A DNA stretch of 64,000 nucleotides from Octopus vulgaris (Eukaryota). Below the pieces are notes generated by a model. The model worked only from the letters and a program-made list of their open reading frames with translations, had not been told where the DNA came from and did not search any database. The DNA is taken from the NCBI GenBank assembly GCA_951406725.2, contig OX597833.1, forward strand, positions 37,882,001 to 37,946,000, written 5' to 3'. Position numbers and translations under genes: made by a program. Of this stretch, positions 28,681 to 43,180 are shown in pieces. Position 1 is the first letter of the stretch, and the number at the start of each line of letters is the position of its first letter.

Positions 28681-31600
28681 GCCTTTGACAGGGTCCCCTG
28701 ATCCCTTATCTGGTGGTCAATGCAGGAACTAGGGATAGACAAGTGGTTGGTGAGGGTTGGCAATGAGTACAGTGAAGAATTCAGGGTGCAAGTAGGGGTT
28801 CACCAAGGATTGGTGCTCAGCTCCCTTTTGTTCATCATCATCCTCCAGGCAATAACATATAGGTCAAAACAGTTTGATTCAAATTATGTGGTACTTGAAG
28901 TTTCAAAGCATAAGATAATAATTATCCTCAGCCATTGGAAATTTGAATAGAGTTGAGTGCCCTTCTTTCATTTGTCCACTCACTCATACATATTATATTT
29001 GTTTTCACCAAATGTCCTCCTTCAAATGTTTCAAAACGTTACAGTAAAACTATCGATTGATGGTCTGGCCCTGGGGACAAATATTCAATACTCAATACTA
29101 CATTTCCAGGGGTGACGCTTGTGGCAGGTCTTTCAGGGATGTTCTTCTGCTTTTAATGCAACCTTGCCATGCTTTTTATGTGACAATAGCACCAGTACTT
29201 TCAATGTAACAACAGCATGAGTGCTCTTTATGTGGAACCAGGACCGGTATCAATTCTGCTGTGGAGGACGGGTCTTCTTGAGTACAGCAAGGCACCAGAT
29301 ATCTCAGTCCTTAGTCATCTCCTTCATAAGGCTCAGTGTCTCGAGATCGACCTTCAATACTTCATCTCCTGTCTTCCTGGGTCTCCCTCTTCCACAAGTT
29401 CCATCCACTTTAAGTGATTGGCACTTCAGTATGCAACTGTCTACATCCATGTGCATCACATGACCAAACCAATGCAGTCTTCTCCCATGCAAACTGCATC
29501 TAATTCTTCTTATGTCCAACTTTTCCCTCAATACACCAGCACTCTATCACACACATACATCTAGTGGAGCATAATAGCTTCATTCCTCTCTAGCATTTGC
29601 ATGTCTTCTGCATTTGGGACCCATACTAAGATCAAAGTGTAGTGTATATATATTTGCATATCATATAAGCAGTTATGGATGCATTTACATGTATGTATAC
29701 TCATGTATAGGCATGCACATGCACACACACACACACACACACTAATTTGTCAGATAAATTTTTCATATATTTTTTTTCAACTTGGCACTCCATCATCATA
29801 TACCTCGAAAGATGTAAAATTTGTTCAAATAAACAACAAACAAAATTTGTAGAAAAAGAATAGATCCAAAAAATATATATATATATAAAAACAACACACT
29901 AAGTGAAATATCTTTTGTGTTAATTCATATAACATCGGAAAGGATTAAAATAAATGGCAAAAAATTTGAACAAATTTATCTGACAACACAATATATGGAA
30001 ATAGGAATGTAGGTAGGCTGATATGTTAGTAGATAATAGTTAGTTGTGCATGTAAACAATTAAGTGAAGTTTAATACATGCAAACCAATAAGCATTGAAT
30101 TGGACCCAGTTCTCGTAGATTATAGTAACAAAAAAATATTGTTCATAATTATGCTACTGAGAATTTTGTTCAATGATTTCCAGTCCCTTTGAAGACAGAG
30201 ATATGGATTCAATCCACTAGCATGATCTTCATTAATTGTTTTTTAGGAATTAATGAATGTTCTTATATCTTTGCATGCTTATAAGTACACAATAAGTTGT
30301 TAAGACCACTCGATAATAACAACAACGACAATGATGATGATGATGATGATGATGATGACGATAACGACAACGACAATGATGGAAACTTGAACAACAACAA
30401 CAACAGTAACAACACCATTAAAAATAATAATAGAAACACTATTAAGAAGATGATAGAAACTAAATTACATACATTTAAAGAAAGGGATGAACAAATGTTT
30501 GAATGAAACACAAATTGGGTAATTGAAATGTAGATAATTTGTTATTATTGGTGGGTGAGGGGAATCATAAAGGCATAACACAAAGGGAAGAAATGACAAA
30601 TAAAAACTCAATTAATAGTTAATTAACTTCATAGTGAAACAGAACTTAGTTAATCATTAAAAATTAGACAAGTGTTATATGAAATGAAGTCAGGGACACA
30701 ATTTCTGAGAGACCAGAGTTGAGAGGTAGAGCAGTCATATATGTGAGCTAAATAGATATGAATGTATCAAAGTTAGAATATAACAAGTAGAGTTGTTGCT
30801 GGATTCTAGATAAAAATAAATGAAAGAATAAACTCAACAATAGAAGGATGGGGAAGGACCATTCGACCAAATAAGAAATTATATCATTTTGTCTTTACAA
30901 TTCTGCAAGGTGTAAAGGAATAAATTCATGTTTAATTATATACATGTGTATACATGTGCATGTATGTGTGTGAGTTGTATATTAGTGTGTGTCTACATAT
31001 GTTAGTGAAAAGGAATAGTTTTAAGATTTAAAGTAAAATAACTGCCAAGTATTTTAAAACTGAAGAAAGTCTATACACACACACACACACATATATATAT
31101 GGAAAGAAGAGGTGTATTTCCACAAAGGGAAAAATATATTTGAAAACAATTACAAGTTTTTCAAATTCAGGTGCATTTTCAAAAACAATTTCCCTTGTGT
31201 GTTGTCTGGATGTTTTGCGTTCTTGTCCCATTTTGTATTTTATATATATATATATGTGTGTGTGTATGTATGTGTGTGTGTGTATGTGTGTGTGTGTATA
31301 TATATGTATACTTCTCTCTCTTCTCTTCCCACGTGACTGATCGGCCAGCCTGCAGGCTCTCTCTCTGGGTCTGACCATGGTCCGTGTAACATCAATATTC
31401 TTCCCTTTATTTTGTGAAATTTTTGTATTTCTGCCATAAGGCTTCATTTCTACACACACCAGCTTAATTCAATTCGTCCTTAGTCGAAAGACACTTGTTG
31501 TTATGTCCTGATATTATTTTTATTGTATTTATTTTTTTATTGTATTTATATTCGTGTAACATTGTCCGTTTTTTCCGTCCTTGATTTTGTATACATTTGA

Positions 31601-32249
31601 TGCTTTCTTCCAAGGAATCTAATGCTCTTAGCTTAGTTTTTCCTTGGGACTGGCCAGATTGGAGCAATAATCAGCCAAAATTGCGAGGATAATCTGGTTC
31701 TTGACTAAAGATAGAAAACTTCGAATGACCCTTCCTTGTTTTCTTTGTATTGTCTATCTGGATGTTTTGTTGTCCCTTTTTGTATCACGTAGTTGTCTGG
31801 ATGTTTTGCGTTCTTGTCCCATTTTGTATTTTATATATATATATACTAGCAGCATAGCCCGGCGTTGCCCGGGTATGTAAGAGCTCCTAGTAGGCAACGG
31901 CTAATCCCAATCTAGTCCTTTCCCTCTAGGGAACGAAGGCGCATGTGTAGGTTGCAATGTCTTCTCTTCACTCGAATACTTCTGTGTATACGATGTTCCT
32001 AGCTGTCCCTAGCTGTCGAGTTGTGTCCCCTCGACAGAAAATGTGTTGCATATAAAAAGCTTAGATTCTCGACCCCATGTCAAATTTATCGATTTTTTTC
32101 AGAACTAGGGGAACTTTTCAAAATTTTCGCTGCGTTAGTTTTGAATTATGACATTGGGCTATGTGTGTGTCAAGTTTCATCAGAATCGGTTGAAAGCCAT
32201 GGTCAGGGTGAGGGTACAACCTGACAGACACACAGACAGACAAACTGCC

Positions 32250-32322
<73 letters not shown>

Positions 32323-33407
32323 GAGAGAGATACATATATATTTATGTTGTTTACATTCTGTCTCCTATCCAAGCTTGCTTTTCTGCATTTGTCACCTCAC
32401 CTCATTTAGGCTAAGCAGCCCTTCCAGTTTGTTTGCACTGTTCTGTTTTCGTTACCAATTTTGACCCTCCGCAAAATCTCAAATTTTATTTAATTTCCTT
32501 TGCAGGAACAACTGTTTTATTGAAAGCATATCCTGTCATGAATTGCTCAAAATACAGATTAGGAAAACAGCCAACATCTGATGAAGGGTCATTTGTTATG
32601 TTGCTTGTCTTGTTTTCTATTTGTTTCTTTCGTTGTTTGTAAAAAGAGTTCATAGTCCATGTAATCATATTTCATATCTCATGTTTTCGTATGGTCAACG
32701 TTGGGAACAAAAACAGGACAGTGGAGACATACAAGGAAACTGAATGAAAATAAACATGGAGGGTTGTTAAACTAGAATGTGGGTAAAATAGGAAATGCTG
32801 GAGAAATATTTTCTTTGACAAGAGAAAAGTTAGAAGAGAGAGATAAGTATACATCCAGTCTTTAGGACAGTCCTGAAAGAAAAGAAAGATGATCACGTGA
32901 AGAAAAGAAAGATGGACGATGGTTACATGTGAACAACGAGAGAGAGAAAAGGAGAAAGAGAGAGAGAGAGAGTGTTCTATCTTTTCTCTTGTCAAAGAAA
33001 ATATTTCTCTAGCATTCACTATTTTATCCTTGTTCTGGTCTAACAACCCTCCATGTTTGTTTTCGTTCGGTTTCCTTGTATATCTCCACTGTCCTGTTTT
33101 TGTTCCCACCTTTGACCCTCCAGAAATCCCAAATTTTATTTTGGTACTTATGGGAGCAACTGTCTTCGAAGACTCATATTGTTGTTCACTGCTTGAAATG
33201 AGGAGTAGATAGATAGCTGACAACTGATGAAGGGTCATTCTTTGAGCTACATGTCCTGTTTTCCATTTGTTTCTCACATTGTTTGCGTATTGAACTCATT
33301 TGTTTTCGTATTTCATGTTGTTTACTGTTGGTGACTTCCTGTACCTATATATGCATGTGTGTTTGTGTGTGTGTATACATATACATATATATGCATACAT
33401 ATATGTG

Positions 33408-33446
<39 letters not shown>

Positions 33447-34773
33447 TATATTATTATTTGATTGAATGCCACGCATCCATTTCCAAGTACACACACACAC
33501 ACACACACATATACATATATATATACAAATATATACATATATATATATATACATATATACAGACACACACGCACACATAATGAGAGGGGTGGAGAAGGAT
33601 GCTAGATAATAAAGTCCAGCATTAATTGAATCTCTGAGATTATATCACCTTGGTTACTAACCAAGATTTCTACAGGAAAAGATACAAGAAAGTATAACAA
33701 TCAGAGACACAGCTGTAAACACAGACAGAAAGATGCACAAGTGTGTGTCTGTGGTGGTGGTGGGGGGATTACAATGTGTTTACTATTTGTTAGAACTAAG
33801 GAGGAAGAGATAGGGAAGAGAGACCCTTTTGTAGCAGATCTCGTATGAGAAGATAGTAAGAAGTGAGAGCTGGATAATATAGTTGTAGATATACAATTCC
33901 TTAAAGAAAAGATAGGATGGTTACAGGTTGAATAAGTTACCTGGGCGTGGTGAGGCTAAAAGACAATGATAACATCTAACAAGAGAAGAGTTGCAGAAAA
34001 CACAAAAAAAAAGGAAGAGAGAGAGAGAAATGGGGGAGAAATTTTAGGCAAGAGAAAAATGATTGAGCCAATCAGACAGCCATTATATAAAGACAAGAAA
34101 GAGAATTTTAAATAATATGCATCATGTAATGGAAAAGAGGAGAGAAATGACTATTCAGAATTAGAGAAAAGTTCGAAGAAATAAAGATCAAGGTAGACTT
34201 GATTAGTTTTAGGGACCTATATGTATGTGTGTGTGTGTATTAGGTATGTATACATACGTGGTACTCTGTCAGTTACAACGACAAAGGTTCCAGTTGATCC
34301 AATCAATAGAACAGCCTGCTCGTGAAATTAATGTGCAAGTGGCTGAGCACTCCACAGACACATGTACCCTTAATGTAGTTCTCAGGGAGATTCAGCATGA
34401 CACAGAGTGTAACAAAGCTGAGCCTTTGAAATACAGGTAGAACAGAAACAGGAAGAAACAGTGAGAGAAAGTTGTGGTAAAAGAATACAGCAGAGTTCAC
34501 CACCACCACCCCTCTGCCAGAGCCTCATGGAGCTTCAGGTGTTTTCGCTCAATAAACACTCACAATGTCCAGTCTGGGAGTCGAAACTGCGATCCTATGA
34601 CTGCGAGCTTACTGCCCTAAACACTGGGCCATTGCACCTCCACGTGTATATATATATATAATATAATATAATATAATATATATATAATATAATATATAAT
34701 ATATATATATATAATATAATATATATATAATATAATATATAATATAATATATATATAATATAATATATATATA

Positions 34774-34817
<44 letters not shown>

Positions 34818-34858
34818 ATCTATATATATATATCATCATCATCATCATCATCATCATC

Positions 34859-34889
<31 letters not shown>

Positions 34890-37086
34890 GATATACACAC
34901 ACACACACACACAACAAAATGAAAATAAACTGGGTGAAGATGTTTTAGAAGGTCATTAATTATAATTAGACTCATCTAACTTGTTAATGGTATTCATGCT
35001 CTGGATCTATTAACTTGTATTCTTTTATGAGTTTTTTAATTAGTTTTCCACATGTTATTGGTATTGTTGTTGTCGTTGTTGTTACTGTTATAACTAGCAT
35101 TGCAAGATTTTAACATCATTATTATTAATAAGGTGGTGAGCTGGCAGAATCATTAGTGTGTTGAGCAAAATGCTCTTTTATGTTCTGAGCTCAAATCCCA
35201 CCAAGGTCAACTTTGCCTTTCATCCTTAATGGGTTGATAAAATTGAGAACCGGTCTATGTAATCAAATTACCTTTTCCTCTCAAATTTGCTCGCCTTGTG
35301 CCAATTATTATCGTTGTTGTTATTAATTACTGCCTTAATAGGCAGCAAGCTGGTAGAGCCATTAGCATGTTGGACAAAATGCTTAGCAGCATTTCATCCA
35401 TTTTTATCTTCTGAGTTCAAATTTTACCAGGGTCAACTTTGCTTTTTCATCCTTTTGAGGTTGATGAAATAAGTACCAGTCAAGTACTGGTGTCACAGTA
35501 ATCAATGTCCCCCTCCACTCCAAAACTGCTGGGCCCCATGCCAAAACTTGAAACCATTATTATTAAAACGGTGAGCAGGCAGAATCGTTAGCATGCCAGG
35601 CGAAATGCTTAGTGATATTTCATCTGGCATCATGTTCTGAGTTCAAATTCCGCCAATGTCAACTTTGCCTTTCATCCTTTCGAGGTTGATACAATGAGTA
35701 CGAGTGAAACACCAAGGTCAATATAATCAACTAGTACCCTCCCCACAAACTTTAGGCCTTGTGCCTTCAATAGAAAGGATTATTATTATTATTATTAGCA
35801 CCGCCCTGACTGGTCTCCGTGCCGGTGGCATGTAAAAAGCACCATCTGATCGTGGCCGTTTGCCAGCCTCGTCTGGCACCTGTGCCGGTGGCACATAAAA
35901 AGCACCCACTACACTCACGAAGTGGTTGGCGCTAGGAAGGGCATCCAGCTGTAGAAACACCGCCAGATCAGACTGGGCCTGGTGCAACCTTCTCGCTTCC
36001 CAGACCCCAGATGAACCATCCAACCCATGCTAGCAAGGAATGCGTACGTTAAATGATGATGATGATGATTATTATTATTATTATTATCATTATCATCATT
36101 ATTATTTTTACTAGTATTATTCTGGCCCTATGCCAAAACTGGAAACCGTTATCATTATAATTATTTTCCCCCTCATTATGCAAATCTTGTTTACACACAA
36201 AAACCCTCACAACACACACATTATTTGTTTTGTCCTGTACTGTCCATAATGCTTTTCTTAATGTAATCTCTTTGTAGTCAATAAAGAAACCATTAATCTA
36301 CTGCAACAGTCCTTATTGCATGTTCTGCAGTTCTTTAGCTTTTTTCAATCTTCATGTTGAAGGTCATGCTGGAGCACCATGCTGTTGCTGTGTTGGGGTT
36401 TTCTTAGCTTAGGGTCAGCACGTTATCAATATTCAAAAGACAATGACCAACACATCTTTTATTCAAACAGCATATCTGAGGCTACATTGTTCAGTATGCC
36501 ATGTCCTTCATTTTAAAAGACAAATTTGAAGATTTTGCAAAATTTCTAGCAGGTTGAGCAACCTTGTAAAAGCTCTTCTGTTGATTTGTCTACCTTGTTA
36601 CTGTTACTAGTAGTGGTGGTGCTGTTTTTATGTCATTTGTTTCTTTATGTTTAGCACTGTCATCATCATCATCATCATGATATAATATATTGAAATTATT
36701 ATATACAGTGCTCAGGTGCACCACAACTTGTCAAAAGTGCATATAAAGCATATGCAGTAATGTACAAATGTCTGGAAAGTGAACAGTGTATGAGTCAGAT
36801 ACATGCTTGCGTGTGTATGGAGGGGAGAAAATCAGGTGTAGTGTTGGCGAATCTCTGGAAGCATGGAAGTTTTGAAGGATGCAGTGCTCCAACAACTAAC
36901 AACTGATGCTGGCAGTTTGTTCCATGCTTCAGCAAATCTTAGCATGAAAAAATGTTTCCGAAAGTCATGGGAGCTGTGCTGGTTTCTGACTTTGTAAACA
37001 TGTCCACAGGTGTTAGACAGTTGAAGTTTGAAAAGGTGCTCAGAGTTATTGTTAGTAAGATGGTTAATAATTTTATCGGTGTTTGC

Positions 37087-37121
<35 letters not shown>

Positions 37122-37911
37122 ACAACAACACTGCCATCATTATCATCACTATCAACACATCATCATAATCATCAGTTGTTATTGCAGCTCTGTAATGGCA
37201 ATTGCTATAGTTACAGTTATCACACTATTGTAAATTGTGTGTCTGAATAAAGGAGGGGTGTCTTTCATTTGTTTATTTACTAATTGAAGTTGTTATTGTT
37301 GCAATCAGTGTTATTGAAGTATGGGTGAAAGTGGTGGTAGGGAGAGAGTCCAAGACCAAACATTTGGTCCAAATGCAAGACAAGAAATAAAAGAGGAGTA
37401 GAAGAAGTAGAGGATTCTCGAATCCAGAAGATGCACACCAAGCCAAGCTATTGCATAAAGACAAGGAGAAAAAGAGATAGGTATAACAAGAGAGAGAGGG
37501 ATGAGAGAAAGAGAAAGGAGGGTGGAGACAAGAACAGATAAAGAGATACAGAAAGAGAGGGAAAGAAGAGAAATAGTGGAATTTCTAGACAAAAGAGAAA
37601 AACTAGAGAGGAAAAATCCAAATTCCAAAGAAAAACAGCAATAACAACAACACAACAAAAGATAAACAAAAAGTTATAACCACACACTCACACACATTCA
37701 AAAAAGAGAATTAATTAATAATAAAAGTTATTTTCAAAGAATTCTTCTCCAATTGCATTAGGGTAAACACAAGTTACAAACACCAATATTTCTGTCTGAG
37801 AATTTAGTATAAAATTATCTTTTTTGTTATTTTTTTCTTTTCAGAAGGGAGAGGCCATTTTATTTCAATATCAGGTTGTTGTCGTTGTTATTATTATTAT
37901 TAACATTATTA

Positions 37912-37958
<47 letters not shown>

Positions 37959-38159
37959 GGCATATTAGTGCAGTTATGTCACCAAAGACTCGGCTTTTAC
38001 TTTTGTTTGCTTATGTTGCTACATCCTTGGCAATGATAACATGTAAAAATTTCACTTTGGGCCATTGTTTAAAGCCAGATCAGCCTTGAAGAGTTAAAAT
38101 CAAATGTTTTAATTTTTTAGAGGGGAGGGGGTGAGCTTGTTTTGTGTTGTTATACATAC

Positions 38160-38190
<31 letters not shown>

Positions 38191-38203
38191 TATATATAAT
38201 TAG

Positions 38204-38246
<43 letters not shown>

Positions 38247-38482
38247 ATTGTATATATATATATATATATATCCTTATATATGTATATGTATATATAAATA
38301 CATATACATTATATACATATATATATATTATATACATTATATACATATACATATGTATATAATTGTATGTATATATATATATATATATCCTTATATATGT
38401 ATATGTATATATAAATACATATACATTATATACATATATATATATTATATACATTATATACATATACATATGTATATAATTG

Positions 38483-38517
<35 letters not shown>

Positions 38518-38562
38518 CCTTATATATTTATATGTATATATATGTATATGTATATATATATG

Positions 38563-38600
<38 letters not shown>

Positions 38601-41600
38601 CTTATATGTGTGTGTTTATATATATATATACACACACATATACACACCAAAATATGTAGTAGGATATAACAAGCATTATGTGTCAACTGACCCTAATACC
38701 ATTACTGGATTGTTTCATATTGTGTCTTGTTATTTGAAAGAAAGTTTTTTTAGTATTTCTTATGTAGCTTTCTAAAAAATTAACTGATAAGATTCCTCAT
38801 GTAAATGGTATTAAACAAATATAAACAGAACAAATTTGGGACAGAACAAAGAGAGTAACAGCACCACTGGCAGAATCTGAACTATATATACATCACTTGT
38901 TAGGCAACTATGTCATAACTAATTAGATTATGGAGTGCCTAAAGAAATAATTTATAGTACCTAAAATGAGGAATGGAGAAAGGCAGTTTGTTCTATAAAA
39001 ATGGTAATACAGTCATCTGGCAAGTAATACATATATATTTGAAATCTCATCTGCAAGCCAATTGTTTATTCTGTCTCAAAATGGTGTCAGTGACATCATA
39101 AGGGTAAAGACAATTCCAGTTTCTCTTAATAGGCAACATAAACAAAAAGACATTTTTGCACCCTTTCACACTGGCAGTGCCTTAACTGGTGTTTATGTCT
39201 AATATCTTTCAATGTATATATTTTGGATGGTGCTGTTTCTGCTCCCTCATTAAGTTACTTTAAATATTCATTTTAATCTGCATTGATAATGATAGTGAGC
39301 AGAGTGGTGAACAGGAAGACGGACAATTCTTCCTCAAATCACACCCCATCTTCATTTGAAATAAGGAAAAAAACATTTTAGATAATGAAGTCTTTTTATC
39401 TCCTTAAAAAGACATCATGGCCATAGCTTAAATGTGTTTGATTATAGGTTTCTTTCACTTAGGAATGACTTAGGATTAAACAAGGAAACCAGCTACAACT
39501 ACAGACAGAAAGACCACATAGAAACACAGCCGGAGAAAAATGAGGAGCTATACTATATGTAAATCTAAGCAAGAAGTGGAAAAGGAAGAGTAACTCAGAC
39601 TGAAACAGAGTTGTCAAAGGATAGAGTAAGTATATCAGTATACCTCTTTGATGACTTGAGGGCTACCTTTTATCTTGAAGAACCAAGTGTACCTTATATG
39701 GTGATTTATAAGAAGAAGGATGAGGTAGAGACAAGGTGCAAGATAAACAGTAAAAAGACAAACAGGAAGAAAAGAGAAACAGTTAAAATTTCGATCTCAA
39801 TGCCACCATAACCAAGTCTCACACATTTGATTACCTATCTTCCAAAACATGCTGCAATATGGGTCATTTGACCTTCTAAAAATAGCAGCCAAATTTCCCT
39901 CAAATCACACCCTCTAAATAAAAGGGAAGAATATATTGTGTGATGTAGTTCAGGGTACAAAATACCCTGGAAGTAAAAAAAAAAAATGAGTCATTACAGC
40001 CATAATGGTTTGGATCATAAATACGCCTTCTCAATGAGCCCGGGTGAAGCCGACCACGAGTGCAGATCTCAGTGGTAGTAGCTGACTTGGGGTTAAACAA
40101 CAGCTATATTACAACTACCACCATCACTACTACTACTTGTAGTGATAGCAGTAATGACTACTATTTCTAGCATGTCAAACAATTACATGCTACAGCATGG
40201 AAAATAGGCAATAAAATGTGTAAGACACAAAACTATTTTTCTAGTTATGGTAGTACAAAGAAAGCAAGTTTAGCGGTTTCTCTTTTCTACATTAGTACAG
40301 CTAGCACTACTATCACTACTAATACTAATGATACTGTTTCTACAACTGCTGAATAAATATTTGCAATAAAAATATTTAAATATTAAATTCATTAAAACGA
40401 AACAAAAGTTAAAGACAAATTATATTCTGTTCTCTGCATATGCCCCACAAGCAAGACTGACAGAAGAACAAAAAGACTGTTTCTATGAAACCTTTCTGCA
40501 GATTACCTAAAAGATGACTGACAACAACTTCATTATTATGGCAAATGATATCAAAAGAGATATTGGTCAACATGATGATGGCTTCTGTGACATACATGGA
40601 GGTTACAGATATGGTACAAGAAATGAGGAGAGTGCAAGGGTCTTGGACTTCTGTGAGGCACTTAAAAAGATCCCACTGTTGGGCACAGTTTTATGGAAAT
40701 TCTAAATTGAAACATGGGTGCAGCTTTAGCTATATGGTGATAAGATTGCTTCCCAACCACATGGTTCCGGGTTCAATGGCATCTTGGGCAATTGTCTGGT
40801 ACTCTAGTTTTTAGTCGACCATAGCCTTATGAGTGGATTTGGTAGATGGAAACTGAAAGACATTGTCATGTGTGTGTGTGTTTTGTTCATCACCACTGCT
40901 TGGCAACTGGTATTGGTTTGTTTACTTCCTTGTAATATGGTGGTTCAGCAAAACAGACTGATAGAATACATACCATGCTGAAAAAATAATTATTGGGAAT
41001 GATTTGTTCAACTAAGCTGTTGAAGGTGGTGGCCCAGCATGGCTGCAATCCAATGAGTGAAACAAGTGAAAGATAAAAGATATGAGTGTAAGGAGAAAGA
41101 TTTAGATAACCTGTAGCATAGACAAGTAGGAATTCCTCAGAAATAATCTACTTAAGACTACAAATCAGACATGTAACTGGGACAAAGTCCCACTCAAACT
41201 GAAAGTGATGTAGTGGTATAATGATATTGTTGATAAGGGAGTAAAGGCTAAGAGATAGGCTTAGAAAACCTGGAAGTAATGTGGTAGTTGAGAGCATTAT
41301 CAAGTAGCTAGAAGGGCAGCTATGTGACAGGCATACTTGGCTAATGGTGAGGCAGGGAAAAAAAGGCATACTAGCCACCACTGTGGAAGACCAGAAAATG
41401 GCATGAAAGTGCTATATTAAGAGGCTGTTGAACTTGGTGAATGCATAAGGCTACCTCATCCTGATCCTACAATGGGATCAGCAATAGTGAAAAAGGATAT
41501 ATGATTTCTACCCAGATAATTAATCAAGCAATACAGGAAGGTATCAATACCCAGTGACTGGCATAAATTGACACAAAGGCAAAGGAGATGCCTCAGAAAG

Positions 41601-43137
41601 AGAAAATTATAGCAAAATGAAACTATTGGACCAGGTTAAGAAGAATTATACTACAATTATATTACAATTCATCAGTAACAGACTAAACCAAGATGAGATG
41701 CAGTTTGGTTTCATGCCTGGCATAGAGACCATGAATGCAATGTTCCTAGTGAAGTGACAAACTGGAGTAAAGCACTATTCCTGGTATTTGTTACAGAAGG
41801 TGTTTGATAGGGGACCATTTTCAGAAATTTGGTGGTCACTAATGAAACTAGGTGTAAACTAATGGTTTGTGAGGGATTTACAAGCTATGTGAAAAGATGC
41901 AATAAACAAGCTGAGAACCAACAATGATTTCAACGATGAATCTAGCAAGAAGGTAGGAGTCCATCAAGGTTCAATCCTCAACCGTCTATTATTCACCAAA
42001 GTCCAACAGACCATCACAGAAAAGTTTAAGACTGAATATTCATGGAAACTCCTAAATGCTGGTGTAGTATGCAACAAAGAAGACTGCACTAGTATGGACA
42101 TTTGATGGGTTTAGGTAAAGAAGTGCAAAGTGATCCAGGAGGAAGGAACTAGCAGAAAAAGAAGATAAAAGAACACATAGGAAGAAGTAATGAATACTGA
42201 TATTAGGCTAAACTTCATGAAGGAGATAATAAGAGATCACAAATGAGAAGATACTCTGCTAAAGAGGATCAGTCCAAATTATGAAAGTATGGAAAACCAA
42301 ATGTTTCATAATGATGACAAATAGAGTAAAGTGTCATAAACTGGTTGGAAAATATAACAATTAGCAATTATATGTCAATTCCATCTATTTCTTTATTAAC
42401 GACTAACCATTATAGGATGCAAGCCACTTTTGGACAGCATTGCAATAAAATTTACAGTGATGAACAAAAACATATCACTTTGAATTGTGTGCCATTCAGG
42501 AATAGAAACACATTAAGGTAATTTTTGTAAAACTGAATGTCTTTCATCAAAGATAGATCAATAAAGACACAATATGACATTGCTAGTTAGTGACTATTTA
42601 GAGAAAATGAGCCAATCAACACTCCATATTCATTGACAAAGACTGATGAGCATGTAGCTCAAGGACAATCCCTACTATTGCTGTTGATTATCAAACATGA
42701 TAGCAACTAAGTGAAAGCTTGGCTGCACTTAATTAAGAAGTCTACGTCTCACCTATGTGGTTCTGGGTTTGATCCCATACACAGCAACTTGGGCAGCTAT
42801 ATTTCACCATAGCAACAGGTTCACCAATATACTGTGAGTGGAATTTCGTAGATACTAATTATGAGACTAGATGCATTCATATGTGAGTGTGTGTGTGTGT
42901 GTAAATCTCTTGCCCATATTTATTAGTGGAGGATGCAAATAATTTTGAAAAGTCAAAAGAAAAAAAAATGTGCTTTTTGAATAAAGTTCCTTGTGATATT
43001 TGTTCTACACCAAATTACAGACATTCACTTCTCAATCTGAAATATGGTGAATCAACGATTGACTCATTGGAGATCTGTAAACAGTTATTATTTCTCAGTA
43101 ACTGTGATAGAAGAACCAAAACTACTTTAGATCTCTT

Positions 43138-43180
<43 letters not shown>

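Noticed and set aside
32672-33277. 201-aa ORF, the longest in the track
   Set aside because: It runs across an inverted repeat and (GA)n, with no recognisable domain
37815-37880. Plus-strand acceptor with a 30-nt exon-like segment (possible nested antisense gene)
   Set aside because: Weak donor GTTGTT and no partner exons found
42640-42670. CTGATGA followed by a short hairpin
   Set aside because: No GAAA or stem III, so not a hammerhead
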